In this document: piece after piece, positions 35,777-44,391 of the stretch
Numbering within the stretch: position 1 is the stretch's first letter
Layout of the letters: each line of letters opens with the position of its first letter
NCBI GenBank assembly: GCA_039179045.1
Contig: JBCDEZ010000001.1
Span: 2,967-66,966, forward strand
Direction of reading: 5' to 3'
From: Chlamydiota bacterium
GTDB lineage: Bacteria; Chlamydiota; Chlamydiia; Chlamydiales; SM23-39
Length of the DNA: 64,000 nucleotides
Position numbers and translations under genes: made by a program
Notes under the pieces: generated by a model
Seen by the model: the letters and a program-made list of their open reading frames with translations, nothing else
What the model was told of the DNA's origin: nothing
Database searches by the model: none

Positions 35777-37077
35777 ATGGCACTAATAGAGGAATGGAAG
35801 AAAATTTGCGGAAGAATTGAAGATCCAAGAATCGCACGCAAGTAAGAAGCATCCCCTAATGTCGGTTTTGTTTGTGATACTTTGTTCTTGCTTAGCAGGA
35901 ATCGACAATTGGGTGGGTATGGAAGATTATTGCAGAACAAACTTTGCTTTTTTCTGTAAGTATTTCGATCTATCTTCAGGAGTACCTTCTCATGACACGC
36001 TAGCTCGCGTATATGAGACTCATTCATCCTGAGCGTTTTCTCGAGTGTTTTTGCGAGTTCACACATCTCCTATCGAAACAGTTACGAGGAGTAGTAGCTA
36101 TTGATGGGAAAACAGCGAGAAAAAGTAACTCACTAGATCAATCTAAAAATCCTCTTCACCTTGTATCTGCCTGGTCTAGCGCCCATCACTTGGTGCTAGC
36201 CCAGGTAAAAACAGAAGACAAATCCAATGAAATCAAAGCGATTCCTAAGCTACTGGAAATGCTTGATCTCTCAGGGGAAGTAGTCACAATCGACGCCATG
36301 GGGTGCCAGCGTGAAATTGCGGAAAAAATCTTAGAAAAAGATGCAGACTACGTACTCTCTTTGAAAGGCAATCAAAGATCTTTGCACAAAGATCTTCACT
36401 ACTTGTTTCAAGGGTTTGAAGAAAAGAGCTGGGAAGATTTTATCGGTACAAGATACGAATCTTGTGAAAAAGACCATGGCCGGATTGTTACCCGCAAGGT
36501 GTGGGCAACAGAGTGTCTAGGAGATCTTACGCAGCAACATCAGTGGCCTGGTTTACATTCTGCAATTTTTCTTGAATCTACTCGAGAAATCAAAGGGAAG
36601 AAAACCACAGAAAGACGGCTTTACATTTCTTCTCTACCCCCAGATGCAGAGCAGGCGTGCGGGTGTATCCGGTCTGACTGGGGTATAGAAAACCAATTGC
36701 ATTGGGTATTATACCCAATCCAATTGAAGGATTGGGTTAGACAGAAGAATAGAGACGAAATAGATTCGTAATCCGTTTCTTCAGTTCGTGGAAAAGCTAT
36801 GGGCTAGGTGGGGGTAAACTCTCCGAAAACTCCACCTTTTTGTTTCTGGAAAATTTCCTTACACAACTCTTCAGTCAAGATGGGTATAGATACCATCTTC
36901 AATGAAGACAGATCACAGATTTCCAAAGACCACTCTCCTGAAAACATGTCTCTAGCTAGAAAATGGGCCTTGAATATTCTTCGCGCAGTACAGGGCAAGA
37001 AAAGTCTAAAACGGATTCAAAACTATTTTTATATGAACGGAAACAACCTAGAAGAAGTTTTTTGCAAGGAAATGTAA
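35777..37077 (+). pseudogene. ISAs1-family (H-repeat-associated type) DDE transposase, disrupted
   Basis: Pieces read MALIEEWKKICGRIEDPRIARK*, then a frame shift to KKHPLMSVLFVILCSCLAGIDNW..GVPSHDTLARVY, then a frame shift to VAIDGKTARKS..KSNEIKAIPKLLEMLDLSGEVVTIDAMGCQREIAEKI..DYVLSLKGNQ..DWGIENQLHWVL. A MITE follows, then DTIFNEDRSQISKDHSPENMSLARKWALNIL. All match E. coli YhhI-type motifs. Confidence 0.9.
36710..36888 (-). mobile_element. MITE copy 2 (about 175 bp plus flanking TA), inserted in the ISAs1 transposase gene
   Basis: TA|TACCCAATCC...GATGGGTA|TA. Deleting 36712-36888 joins tgg gta tta | gat acc atc, restoring LHWVLDTIFNED. Confidence 0.9.
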
Positions 37078-37167
37078 ATGCGATCCCCCTGTTTCTCTAC
37101 CTCTTATGCGTTGAAAAATAACGTTTTTTCTTTGATAATGTGGGATAAGATCTGTTGGAGGTTACAG

Positions 37168-38139
37168 ATGAGGTTCCCCAAAATTTTCTTATTAGGCACC
37201 GGCCTACTTTTCCTATCCATTCTTGTTTTGTCTCTTGGTAAAAAAAAGAAACAAGGAAATTTTGAAAATGTAACCAAGCTGCACAGGCCTCTTATCGAGA
37301 TCTCTCTTCCAGAAGATAGGAGTTCGAGTGCCTGTAGAGAAACGGAAGAAAACCTGCTTATTGAAAATGATCTACCCGAAGCAAACTTAGTAGACCGGCT
37401 TTTCAAAACAGACAACTCGAAACTCCCTATTGTCGAGACGATTACCTACACAAGCCAAGTACCTTGGCTCGTAGGGCGCTGCGCTTGGATTGCCGATTAT
37501 GCGTCTTACTACGAGACATCCCGCTACTTCATAGCACGTAGCTTACAGCAGCAAGATTGCTACTCGTGGCATGGGGTAGCACCTGGAGATCAGTTCAATG
37601 TACTTTCCCTGAAAAAAGCGATCGAATTTCATCTCATTTTGGATCTTTCCCGCTCTAGGATCTGGTTTTACTATTTAGACCTCGAAAAGAACGCGCGCAC
37701 TTTGCTCAAAACCTACCAAGCAGGAATAAGACCTACGGCGCAACAAGAAAGAGCCGAGTGCCTGATTGAACCGGGCATATACCGCGTAGGAGAGGAGGTC
37801 GCTGTGTATCAGCCAGGTATTATGGGTTATGCCCTTGAAGAAAAAGTGGAAATGGTGCGCGTATTTGGCACCAGAAGGCTCCCTTGCAAACCTGTAGAAC
37901 AACGGGGAGAGCAAGCAGGGCATGCTTTTGCTATACAAGGTCTACCCCAACTAGAAGGCTCTCAAAGAGACTGTGGTGAAGACGCGAATATGCTCGCAAA
38001 AGGGCGTTCAGGTAAAGCGGTACAAATGGCACGCCAAGACATAGAAGAACTATTTGCAATTGTCATCACAAAGCCTACTTTTGTACACGTTGTGTCTGAT
38101 TTTTACGAGGCAAAACTACCCGGCACGGAGGATCTTTAG
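37168..38139 (+). CDS. YkuD (L,D-transpeptidase)-fold protein with an N-terminal membrane anchor; catalytic residues apparently substituted
   Basis: GGAGG lies 7 nt upstream of ATG 37168. MRFPKIFLLGTGLLFLSILVLSL forms the anchor. The C-terminal HLILDLSRSRIWFYY..IEPGIYRV..HAFAIQG..GRSGKAVQMARQDIEELF..PTFVHVV parallels the YkuD consensus i.vdls.q.l.vy..TP.G.f.i..giaiHG..ShGCiRm...d..eLy...t.V.i. Confidence 0.55.
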   Translation: MRFPKIFLLGTGLLFLSILVLSLGKKKKQGNFENVTKLHRPLIEISLPEDRSSSACRETEENLLIENDLPEANLVDRLFKTDNSKLPIVETITYTSQVPWLVGRCAWIADYASYYETSRYFIARSLQQQDCYSWHGVAPGDQFNVLSLKKAIEFHLILDLSRSRIWFYYLDLEKNARTLLKTYQAGIRPTAQQERAECLIEPGIYRVGEEVAVYQPGIMGYALEEKVEMVRVFGTRRLPCKPVEQRGEQAGHAFAIQGLPQLEGSQRDCGEDANMLAKGRSGKAVQMARQDIEELFAIVITKPTFVHVVSDFYEAKLPGTEDL

Positions 38140-39087
38140 ATGCCCCTTCTCCCTCACGAAAGGCAGATCCATGAGTACGAAAAGACCTTAGAAAAGCTCA
38201 GGGCGCAAAAAGAGGTGTGGGCAGAGAGCGAGATTGCTTCTTTGGAAAAAAAACTCGAGGACCTGAAAGAAAAGGTCTACAGCTCTCTCACTTCTTGGGA
38301 CCGCATTCAGATATGCCGCCATCCGAAAAGACCACACACTTCCGATTATATTGAGCACGTTTTTACCAAGTTCTTTGAAATTCACGGGGATCGTTACTAC
38401 GCAGATGACGCGGCCATCATCATGGGATGTGCCTATCTAGAGGAGCAAAGATATTTTGTAATTGGACAGGAAAAGGGTAAAAATCTCGAGACCCGACTCG
38501 AGCGCAACTTTGGGATGCCTCATCCCGAGGGGTACCGGAAGGCGCTCCGCGGTATGCGCCTTGCAGAGAAGTTTTCCATTCCGATTGTTTGTCTCATCGA
38601 CACACCAGGTGCCTACCCTGGACTGAGCGCTGAAGAGCGAGGACAGGGGTGGGCGATTGCCAATAACCTCTTTGAAATGGCCGATCTGCGTGTGCCGATC
38701 ATTGTCCTTTTGATCGGAGAGGGCTGTTCTGGGGGCGCTCTCGGGATCGGTGTAGGCGATGTGATAGCTATGCTGGAACATTCTTATTATTCGGTCATCT
38801 GTCCTGAAGGGTGCGCCTCGATTCTCTGGAAAGATCCCGCGAAAAGGGCGGAGGCCGCAGCCACCCTTAAGCTGCATGCAGAAGATCTACAAGAGCACAA
38901 AGTGATCGATCAGGTTATTGCAGAGCCTATGGGAGGTGCGCATCAAGATCCTCATGCAACCTACGCAAAGGTCAAAGAGTTCCTGATCCGCTCGGAGAAA
39001 GAATTGAGCCTGCTCGATACAGATGCTCTTGTTGAGGCGAGGTACCAAAAATTCCGGAGCATCGGGGCGTTCCATGAAAACTCTTGA
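38140..39087 (+). CDS. accA: acetyl-CoA carboxylase carboxyltransferase subunit alpha
   Basis: AccA-like sequence throughout (RHPKRPHTSDYI, GQEKG...RNFGMPHPEGYRKALR, IDTPGAYPG..AEERGQ). Confidence 0.93.
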   Translation: MPLLPHERQIHEYEKTLEKLRAQKEVWAESEIASLEKKLEDLKEKVYSSLTSWDRIQICRHPKRPHTSDYIEHVFTKFFEIHGDRYYADDAAIIMGCAYLEEQRYFVIGQEKGKNLETRLERNFGMPHPEGYRKALRGMRLAEKFSIPIVCLIDTPGAYPGLSAEERGQGWAIANNLFEMADLRVPIIVLLIGEGCSGGALGIGVGDVIAMLEHSYYSVICPEGCASILWKDPAKRAEAAATLKLHAEDLQEHKVIDQVIAEPMGGAHQDPHATYAKVKEFLIRSEKELSLLDTDALVEARYQKFRSIGAFHENS

Positions 39088-39111
39088 ACAGCTCTTACTA
39101 AGAGCGAGCCC

Positions 39112-41043
39112 ATGAGAGTTTTACTGCGACTCGCTTTTCATCAAGCCCGCCATACTTTTTTGACTTTGCTGACCTTGTGCAACCTGTTGCTGCTCACATT
39201 GGCCAATCAAGCAGAGATGATCGCTTTAGGCCTTCTTGCCAACACGGGCCAAGACTGTTTTACCCTATTCGGAAAAGAAGAGGGGAGGTATCTTTATCCG
39301 GTTGAAGAGATCAGCGAGCAACACCTGTTTCAGGCATGGCAAGCGATTCCGAAAGAGCGCCCTGGGATCCTTTCGAAAAAGGATGCGAAAAACTACCTTG
39401 CTGCGAAAAAAAAATCCTCGATTTTTAGCCGGATTGTCCGCTTTTTATCCCGAACGCTCGATATAGAAAAAGGGTTTCACCTCTTCATACTAGTGCTCGT
39501 AAGCATCGCTTTTTTTAAAGCAGTGATGCTCTTTTCCTCCCGTTTCACAACGCAGCTTTTGTCAATTCGGATCACAAAAGATTTACGGATGCGCTACTTC
39601 CAGCACATCCAATCGTTGCCCTTCCAGTTCTACCAAGAGTACAATGTAGGGGCCCTCAGTTCTCGAGCAGTGGGTGATGCGGGGCAGATCGCACACTCGA
39701 TCAACTCTTGCTTGACCAATTACCTGCAGACACCATTTACGATTTTCTCAACACTCATCGCCTGCTTTTGCTTTAGCTGGAAGCTTTCTTTGATCATCTT
39801 CGTCGGCCTGCCTTTGATTATTCTACCTGTGTTGATTCTCACAAGGAAAGTAAAGCGGGTTGCTCGGGAAATCCACCAAAATCAAGAGAACTTTACTTCC
39901 GTGCTCCTCGATTTTTTGTCAGGAATCCAGACAGTGAAGATCTTTTCGATGGAGCCGTTTGCCCTGAAGAAGTACCAAGAGCAAAACCAACACATGGCTT
40001 ACCTGGAGAGCAAAAGTGCGAAGTATAGCCTGATGACGCGCCCTTTTTTGCACACGGTAACGACGACCTGCCTTGCCACAGTTGCCCTGTTTGGTCTGCA
40101 CATCTTGGGGATGAGCGTTGCGGAACTGATCGTGTTTTGCGGCTTTTTGCATATGTTCTACGAGCCTGTAAAAAAGTTCTCGGAAGAAAATGCGAACATC
40201 CAAAGAGGCGTTGTTGCTGCAGAGAGGATGCTCGACGTTCTGGAAAAAAAACCCGATATTGCGGATAAGCAGGGGGCTAAGGTGCTTACAACTTTCGAAG
40301 ACGAGCTCGCATTCGAAAAGGTCTTTTTTTCTTATCAGGATAAACCCGCTCTGCACGAGATCAGCTTTCGCGTGAAAAAGGGGCAAACCGTTGCCATTGT
40401 AGGCTCTACTGGGGCAGGTAAATCGACTATTGCTCAGCTCATTCCTCGCCTCTACGATGTCTCTCAAGGAAGAATTTTGATCGATGGTGCGAACATCACC
40501 GATTTTACTCAGAAGTCTTTGCGTAGCCTGATCGCTTTTGTCCCACAAAAGCCCTTTTTATTTTACGATACCGTATACAACAACATTGCGATTGGAAGAG
40601 AAGCCTCTGAAGAGGGGGTGATCGAGGCGGCAAAGATGGCCTCGGCGCATGATTTCATCCAAGCCCTACCCCAAGGCTACCATACACTCCTTGCTGAAAC
40701 GGGAAAAAATCTTTCGGGAGGAGAGCAGCAACGCATTGCTATTGCGCGAGCGCTCCTTGGAAAAGCGCCCATCCTCGTTCTCGATGAGGCTACATCATCA
40801 CTCGACTCTTTGAGTGAAAATAGCATCAAACAAGCGCTCTCATCTCTACAGGGGGCGGTAACGCAGATCATCATTGCACACAGACTTTCCACCATCGAAC
40901 ACGCAGACCGCATTCTCTATGTGCAAAGAGGGAAAATCCTTGCAGAAGGAACAAAAGAAGAGCTCTTAGAACGCTGCGCTCCATTTCGTCTTATGTGGAT
41001 GACTTACCACCCTTCGTACGAACGGGAGTCCCCTGTATCGTAA
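39112..41043 (+). CDS. msbA: ABC exporter, fused permease/ATPase (MsbA-like lipid A flippase type)
   Basis: Six-TM exporter domain plus a nucleotide-binding domain with Walker A GSTGAGKST, signature LSGGEQQRIAIARAL and Walker B ILVLDEATSSLD. Confidence 0.8.
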   Translation: MRVLLRLAFHQARHTFLTLLTLCNLLLLTLANQAEMIALGLLANTGQDCFTLFGKEEGRYLYPVEEISEQHLFQAWQAIPKERPGILSKKDAKNYLAAKKKSSIFSRIVRFLSRTLDIEKGFHLFILVLVSIAFFKAVMLFSSRFTTQLLSIRITKDLRMRYFQHIQSLPFQFYQEYNVGALSSRAVGDAGQIAHSINSCLTNYLQTPFTIFSTLIACFCFSWKLSLIIFVGLPLIILPVLILTRKVKRVAREIHQNQENFTSVLLDFLSGIQTVKIFSMEPFALKKYQEQNQHMAYLESKSAKYSLMTRPFLHTVTTTCLATVALFGLHILGMSVAELIVFCGFLHMFYEPVKKFSEENANIQRGVVAAERMLDVLEKKPDIADKQGAKVLTTFEDELAFEKVFFSYQDKPALHEISFRVKKGQTVAIVGSTGAGKSTIAQLIPRLYDVSQGRILIDGANITDFTQKSLRSLIAFVPQKPFLFYDTVYNNIAIGREASEEGVIEAAKMASAHDFIQALPQGYHTLLAETGKNLSGGEQQRIAIARALLGKAPILVLDEATSSLDSLSENSIKQALSSLQGAVTQIIIAHRLSTIEHADRILYVQRGKILAEGTKEELLERCAPFRLMWMTYHPSYERESPVS

Positions 41044-41082
41044 AAAAGAGAAGCTCTTTTCTCAAATAGAACAAAAAATAAT

Positions 41083-41111
41083 TTGACAATCATCTATCAA
41101 TTTCGTATGAG
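41083..41111 (+). promoter_or_regulatory. sigma-70/66-type promoter candidate (TTGACA-N17-TATGAG)
   Basis: Perfect -35 TTGACA at 41083-41088, a 17-nt spacer, and TATGAG at 41106-41111. AGGGGGG then lies 5 nt before ATG 41141. Confidence 0.4.
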
Positions 41112-41140
41112 TGAGCCTCGCCGATTCTAGGGGGGCGTAT

Positions 41141-42721
41141 ATGCTAGAAAATCCAGGTTTGTCGTTGGAAGAAGAGAGTCTCTTTTCTTCTATCCTTCCT
41201 ACTCGGAATCTTCCTTTGGAGATACGTCTATTGAGAGCATTGGACTGGAACGATTTTCCCTCTTTAGACCTGCCCCCTTGCACCTACCCGAAAATGTTGC
41301 GGGGGCTATCTGGGCGCGCTTCCTCTAGCAGAGAAGATGTAGCGAACAACTTCTCCCAGTTTTTGCCTCTGAAAAAGCTTTTGCATGAAAAAGCCAAACT
41401 CTACCTCTATCACGCGGTCTTGGTGGAACGCCCTTTGCGATTCGGAGTGATGGCACAATTGAAAAGCGAGGGGGATCTGCTCTCTTTAGAAGATCTAGTC
41501 CAGTTACTCGAGCGCGCTCTTCCCTTCTCGGAAAAAGAACTCTTTTTTTCTCGACCAAACGAAGCACAAGCAGACTCCCACCAAGAGATGCTCTTTTCAA
41601 GTCGCCAACGGTGTGCCATGGCGCGGGTAGACTTTCTGTTGCAGTATCCCCACTACTTCCCTGCAACAGACGCTCTTCTCAAAAGTCTGTATGCGCAAGG
41701 GTTTCGAGGGCAGCATGCCCTTGTGGGTCGCAATGGCGCACTCCAAGAGCGCTCTTTCCCGCTTTGGGGATGTTCTCTAGGGCTGCATTTTCTGGAGAAG
41801 GGGATCGTAGCTCATGATCGGCCCAAAACAAAACTCACCGATTGGTTGCATTTACCCGTTGCACGCATGTTGCTAGGGCCTGGCTTTTGCTCACTCGATG
41901 AGGTAGAGCTCTACAAGAAGCGCGTTTCTCTCAACTATTTGGATGCGCGCTCTAAGAATGTTTTCTTACAGGCTTTTGCCTACATTCTTGCAACGAGTTC
42001 TCTTCGAAAAGTGGATATCTGCGCCCCTGCTTCTCTCTACCAGGCAGAGCTTTTGCAAGAGGTGTGCGATCTTGCCCTCGAGAAGAGATGCAAGATGCTA
42101 CAGATCTACTACAAAGGTCGACACAGTTTGCATACGTTCTTCGATCAAGGCAAGACAGCGCGTCTATTTTTCCTGGATCCCTTGCTAGAAAAAGAGCGCT
42201 GGCTCCTTTTTGATGCGACGAGGGATCTTTTGGTGGTCCAAAACACCTGGGGATTTTCTCAGGCTCTTTTTCTACGGGTTCCCTATTTTTACGAGGTGCA
42301 TCCCTTTGATCGATATTTTCTCCAAGATTTGCTCGCCCTCGGAGAGTACTACTTTTCTCACCTGCCCGATCTAACTGGGTACTTGCGCCACTTTGCAGTG
42401 AGCCTTCCACAGCAAGAGAGGGTTCCTCGGGGAAATTCTTCGATGCAGGAAGAAAGGATATTTCCCGAAGAGGGGTTTGGTACGAAAACAATCGAGGCGC
42501 TCCACTCTTTCAACCGCACACTTCTTCGGTATTTTTCTGCCAATCTATTGCTAGTTGGCTTAGTGAAAAGAGCTCTTTTGCAGCAGCGGGCTCCTCGCGT
42601 TTACCTAGCAGAGAAAAAGTGGGAGAATCTGTATCTCCAGGGGAAGATTTCCTTTGTGCGGTTCATCCAGGAGATACAAAAAGAGATTGCTCCTTATACG
42701 ATCGAGCAAAGGAGATCTTAG
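41141..42721 (+). CDS. hypothetical protein (526 aa, soluble, no recognised domain)
   Basis: Long uninterrupted ORF. The start is placed at the ATG with a Shine-Dalgarno sequence. The longest ORF (GTG start) begins at 41111, inside the putative -10 box. Confidence 0.65.
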   Translation: MLENPGLSLEEESLFSSILPTRNLPLEIRLLRALDWNDFPSLDLPPCTYPKMLRGLSGRASSSREDVANNFSQFLPLKKLLHEKAKLYLYHAVLVERPLRFGVMAQLKSEGDLLSLEDLVQLLERALPFSEKELFFSRPNEAQADSHQEMLFSSRQRCAMARVDFLLQYPHYFPATDALLKSLYAQGFRGQHALVGRNGALQERSFPLWGCSLGLHFLEKGIVAHDRPKTKLTDWLHLPVARMLLGPGFCSLDEVELYKKRVSLNYLDARSKNVFLQAFAYILATSSLRKVDICAPASLYQAELLQEVCDLALEKRCKMLQIYYKGRHSLHTFFDQGKTARLFFLDPLLEKERWLLFDATRDLLVVQNTWGFSQALFLRVPYFYEVHPFDRYFLQDLLALGEYYFSHLPDLTGYLRHFAVSLPQQERVPRGNSSMQEERIFPEEGFGTKTIEALHSFNRTLLRYFSANLLLVGLVKRALLQQRAPRVYLAEKKWENLYLQGKISFVRFIQEIQKEIAPYTIEQRRS

Positions 42722-42734
42722 AAAAAATGAGGAG

Positions 42735-42754
42735 GGTCCTGCCGTTGCAGGATC
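42735..42754. terminator. hairpin in a convergent intergenic gap (possible terminator)
   Basis: Stem GGTCCTGC/GCAGGATC with loop CGTT, between the stops at 42721 (+) and 42763 (-). On the minus strand a T6 run follows 9 nt later. There is no T-run on the plus strand. Confidence 0.35.
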
Positions 42755-42762
42755 AAATAGGA

Positions 42763-43584
42763 TCAATTTCGCTTGGGCATTTGCAGTGTGTAGCCGGCGC
42801 TTTTAATTTTTCTATTCGATACCCGCTTGCTTCCTCGAAAGAGCCGCTCTTCTTTTTGATCGAAGAAAACCTCTGGATATCCGTACTGTTTTGCGAGTTT
42901 TTGGTAGAGATGCGCCCGTGTCTGGTGATCATCATCTGCTAGATTGTAAATCCCTTCGAGCCCATGTTCCTTTGCGTAGAGGATCGCTCCGACAATGTCG
43001 CTGAGATCCACCATATTTGTATAAGCTGTTCCAGAGCCTGCAAGCGTTGCACCTCCCATCTTGGCAATTTTCTGTTCGAGAGTTCTGCCTGGTCCATAGA
43101 TTTCTGCTAGGCGCAAGAGAGTCACCTTCCAAGGAGCTTTGAGAGCAGAGTAGACGCCTTCTGTCTGGATCAAGATCTTCGCCTGCTCGCTACTGCCCAA
43201 AAGAGGGGAGGCCTCATCGACCCATTTCCCTCCTTGATCTCCATACACGGAAGTAGAGCTAGTATAGATCAGGTGCTTTGGTTGGGAGGGAGAGCATTTG
43301 TGGAATAGCTCTGCCGTCTCGAGGTAGGTAGTGAAGTAATCATCTCGAGTTTTGGGAGCCACAGTAACGATAACGAGATTGTTTTCTTCCACAAGCGTTC
43401 CGAAAAGTGCAGGATTGATCTCTGAGGAGCAGTAGACTTTTTGGCAAAAGCCTTCAAGATCTCGGATGCGCGCTTGGGTACGCACGACAGCCGTGATGGG
43501 GATGCCCGCGTTTTTGAGAGATCTTCCCACGGCCTGTCCTACGTAGCCACATCCTAGGATGAGCGCGCGCTCTTCTCCTTTCAT
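42763..43584 (-). CDS. NAD(P)-dependent epimerase/dehydratase-family (SDR) protein
   Basis: N-terminal Rossmann motif ILGCGYVGQAVG and extended-SDR layout. Confidence 0.75.
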   Translation of the reverse strand: MKGEERALILGCGYVGQAVGRSLKNAGIPITAVVRTQARIRDLEGFCQKVYCSSEINPALFGTLVEENNLVIVTVAPKTRDDYFTTYLETAELFHKCSPSQPKHLIYTSSTSVYGDQGGKWVDEASPLLGSSEQAKILIQTEGVYSALKAPWKVTLLRLAEIYGPGRTLEQKIAKMGGATLAGSGTAYTNMVDLSDIVGAILYAKEHGLEGIYNLADDDHQTRAHLYQKLAKQYGYPEVFFDQKEERLFRGSKRVSNRKIKSAGYTLQMPKRN

Positions 43585-44273
43585 AGAAGGCCTGCGAGCT
43601 CAAAGCTCTTTTGCAAATCGTGGTTTTCCTTCTTCTCGAAAGCTCCCGAGTCTTTGAGCCAAGAGACGTATCCTTTGGGAACATCTTTGAGAGCTTTTCC
43701 TTGGTGCTTGCCGAAGGGCATTCTCCGTACGACTTGTGGTTTGTCGAGCAACTTTTTGACCATTTCGATGGGAAGATCATCGATCATGAGGGAAAAAACC
43801 TTGTGCAACACGACGACGTCATCAAGAGCTCTATGCGCATTGTTGGCAGGTATTCCGTAAATCTCGCGCAAAAACTGCAGGCTGTGGCGAGGAAGATCAG
43901 GTCGAAAGCGGCGCGCCCAAGGAAGAGAGTCGACATGTTGCCAGGGAGGTAGATCGAGACCTGCCCGTTTGTATTCCTCTTCTAGAAAAGGGCGGTCGAA
44001 GGCGTAGTTGTTGTGGGCAACGAGATAGACATCTCCCGAGCAAAACGTGGCAAACTCTTGTCCCACCTCGTGAAAGCTGGGAGCATTTTCTACCATAGAG
44101 TCGGTGATATTGTGGATGTTTGAAGCCTCTTTAGGAATCGGCATGCCTGGGTTGATCAACCGGGTAAAGCTCTCCGCAGAATCGGGATCATAAGCAGCAA
44201 TCTCGATGATTCTGTCTTGATTTGGATGGATACCAGTCGTTTCTGTATCGTAGTAGATAGTGCGCTTTTTCAT
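43581..44273 (-). CDS. DEDDh 3'-5' exonuclease (DnaQ-like) fused to a DUF3820-like C-terminal module
   Basis: Exo motifs YYDTETTG, AHNNYAFD and HRALDD. The C-terminal MPFGKHQGKALKDVPKGYVSWL resembles DUF3820. Confidence 0.85.
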   Translation of the reverse strand: MKKRTIYYDTETTGIHPNQDRIIEIAAYDPDSAESFTRLINPGMPIPKEASNIHNITDSMVENAPSFHEVGQEFATFCSGDVYLVAHNNYAFDRPFLEEEYKRAGLDLPPWQHVDSLPWARRFRPDLPRHSLQFLREIYGIPANNAHRALDDVVVLHKVFSLMIDDLPIEMVKKLLDKPQVVRRMPFGKHQGKALKDVPKGYVSWLKDSGAFEKKENHDLQKSFELAGLL

Positions 44274-44391
44274 GACCTTTAGATTACGGGAAGGAAGAAA
44301 TTATATCTACCTTCAGCTGTCTTGACGAGAAAAGATCAAAAGGCGCAAGCAAAATAGCTACTTTCCTAAAGCACGCTCTCTAGAACTCTAT

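Larger units (their letters stand above)
35697..37085 (+). mobile_element. ISAs1-family insertion sequence (degenerate; boundaries tentative)
   Basis: Contains the ISAs1-type transposase pseudogene. Candidate terminal inverted repeats are GATCGCATaTA.. (35697) and ..TAaATGCGATC (37085). A CCTGTTT direct repeat lies just outside each end. Confidence 0.6.

Noticed and set aside
35682-37095. CCTGTTTT / CCTGTTTC direct repeats as the target-site duplication of the ISAs1 element.
   Set aside because: They are asymmetrically spaced from the candidate inverted repeats (6 nt on one side, 2 nt on the other) and only 7 nt match. They are mentioned as tentative but not asserted.
39919-40548. Long antisense or alternative-frame ORFs inside well-supported genes. 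Examples: 209 aa antisense to msbA, 226 aa at 21553-22233 antisense to ugd and the prenyl synthase, 169 aa at 1297-1806 antisense to folC, 172 aa at 63031-63549, 185 aa at 14636-15193, and 168 aa at 48805-49311.
   Set aside because: Each lies fully within a gene that has strong family motifs on the other strand or frame. Their translations are low-complexity (rich in R, S and P) with no motifs. This is the usual shadow-ORF background of a mid-GC genome.
41044-41060. A/T-rich hairpin AAAAGAG-aag-CTCTTTT directly after msbA.
   Set aside because: The stem is only A-T and G-C weak pairs with a 3-nt loop and no extended T tract. It is too weak to call as a terminator.
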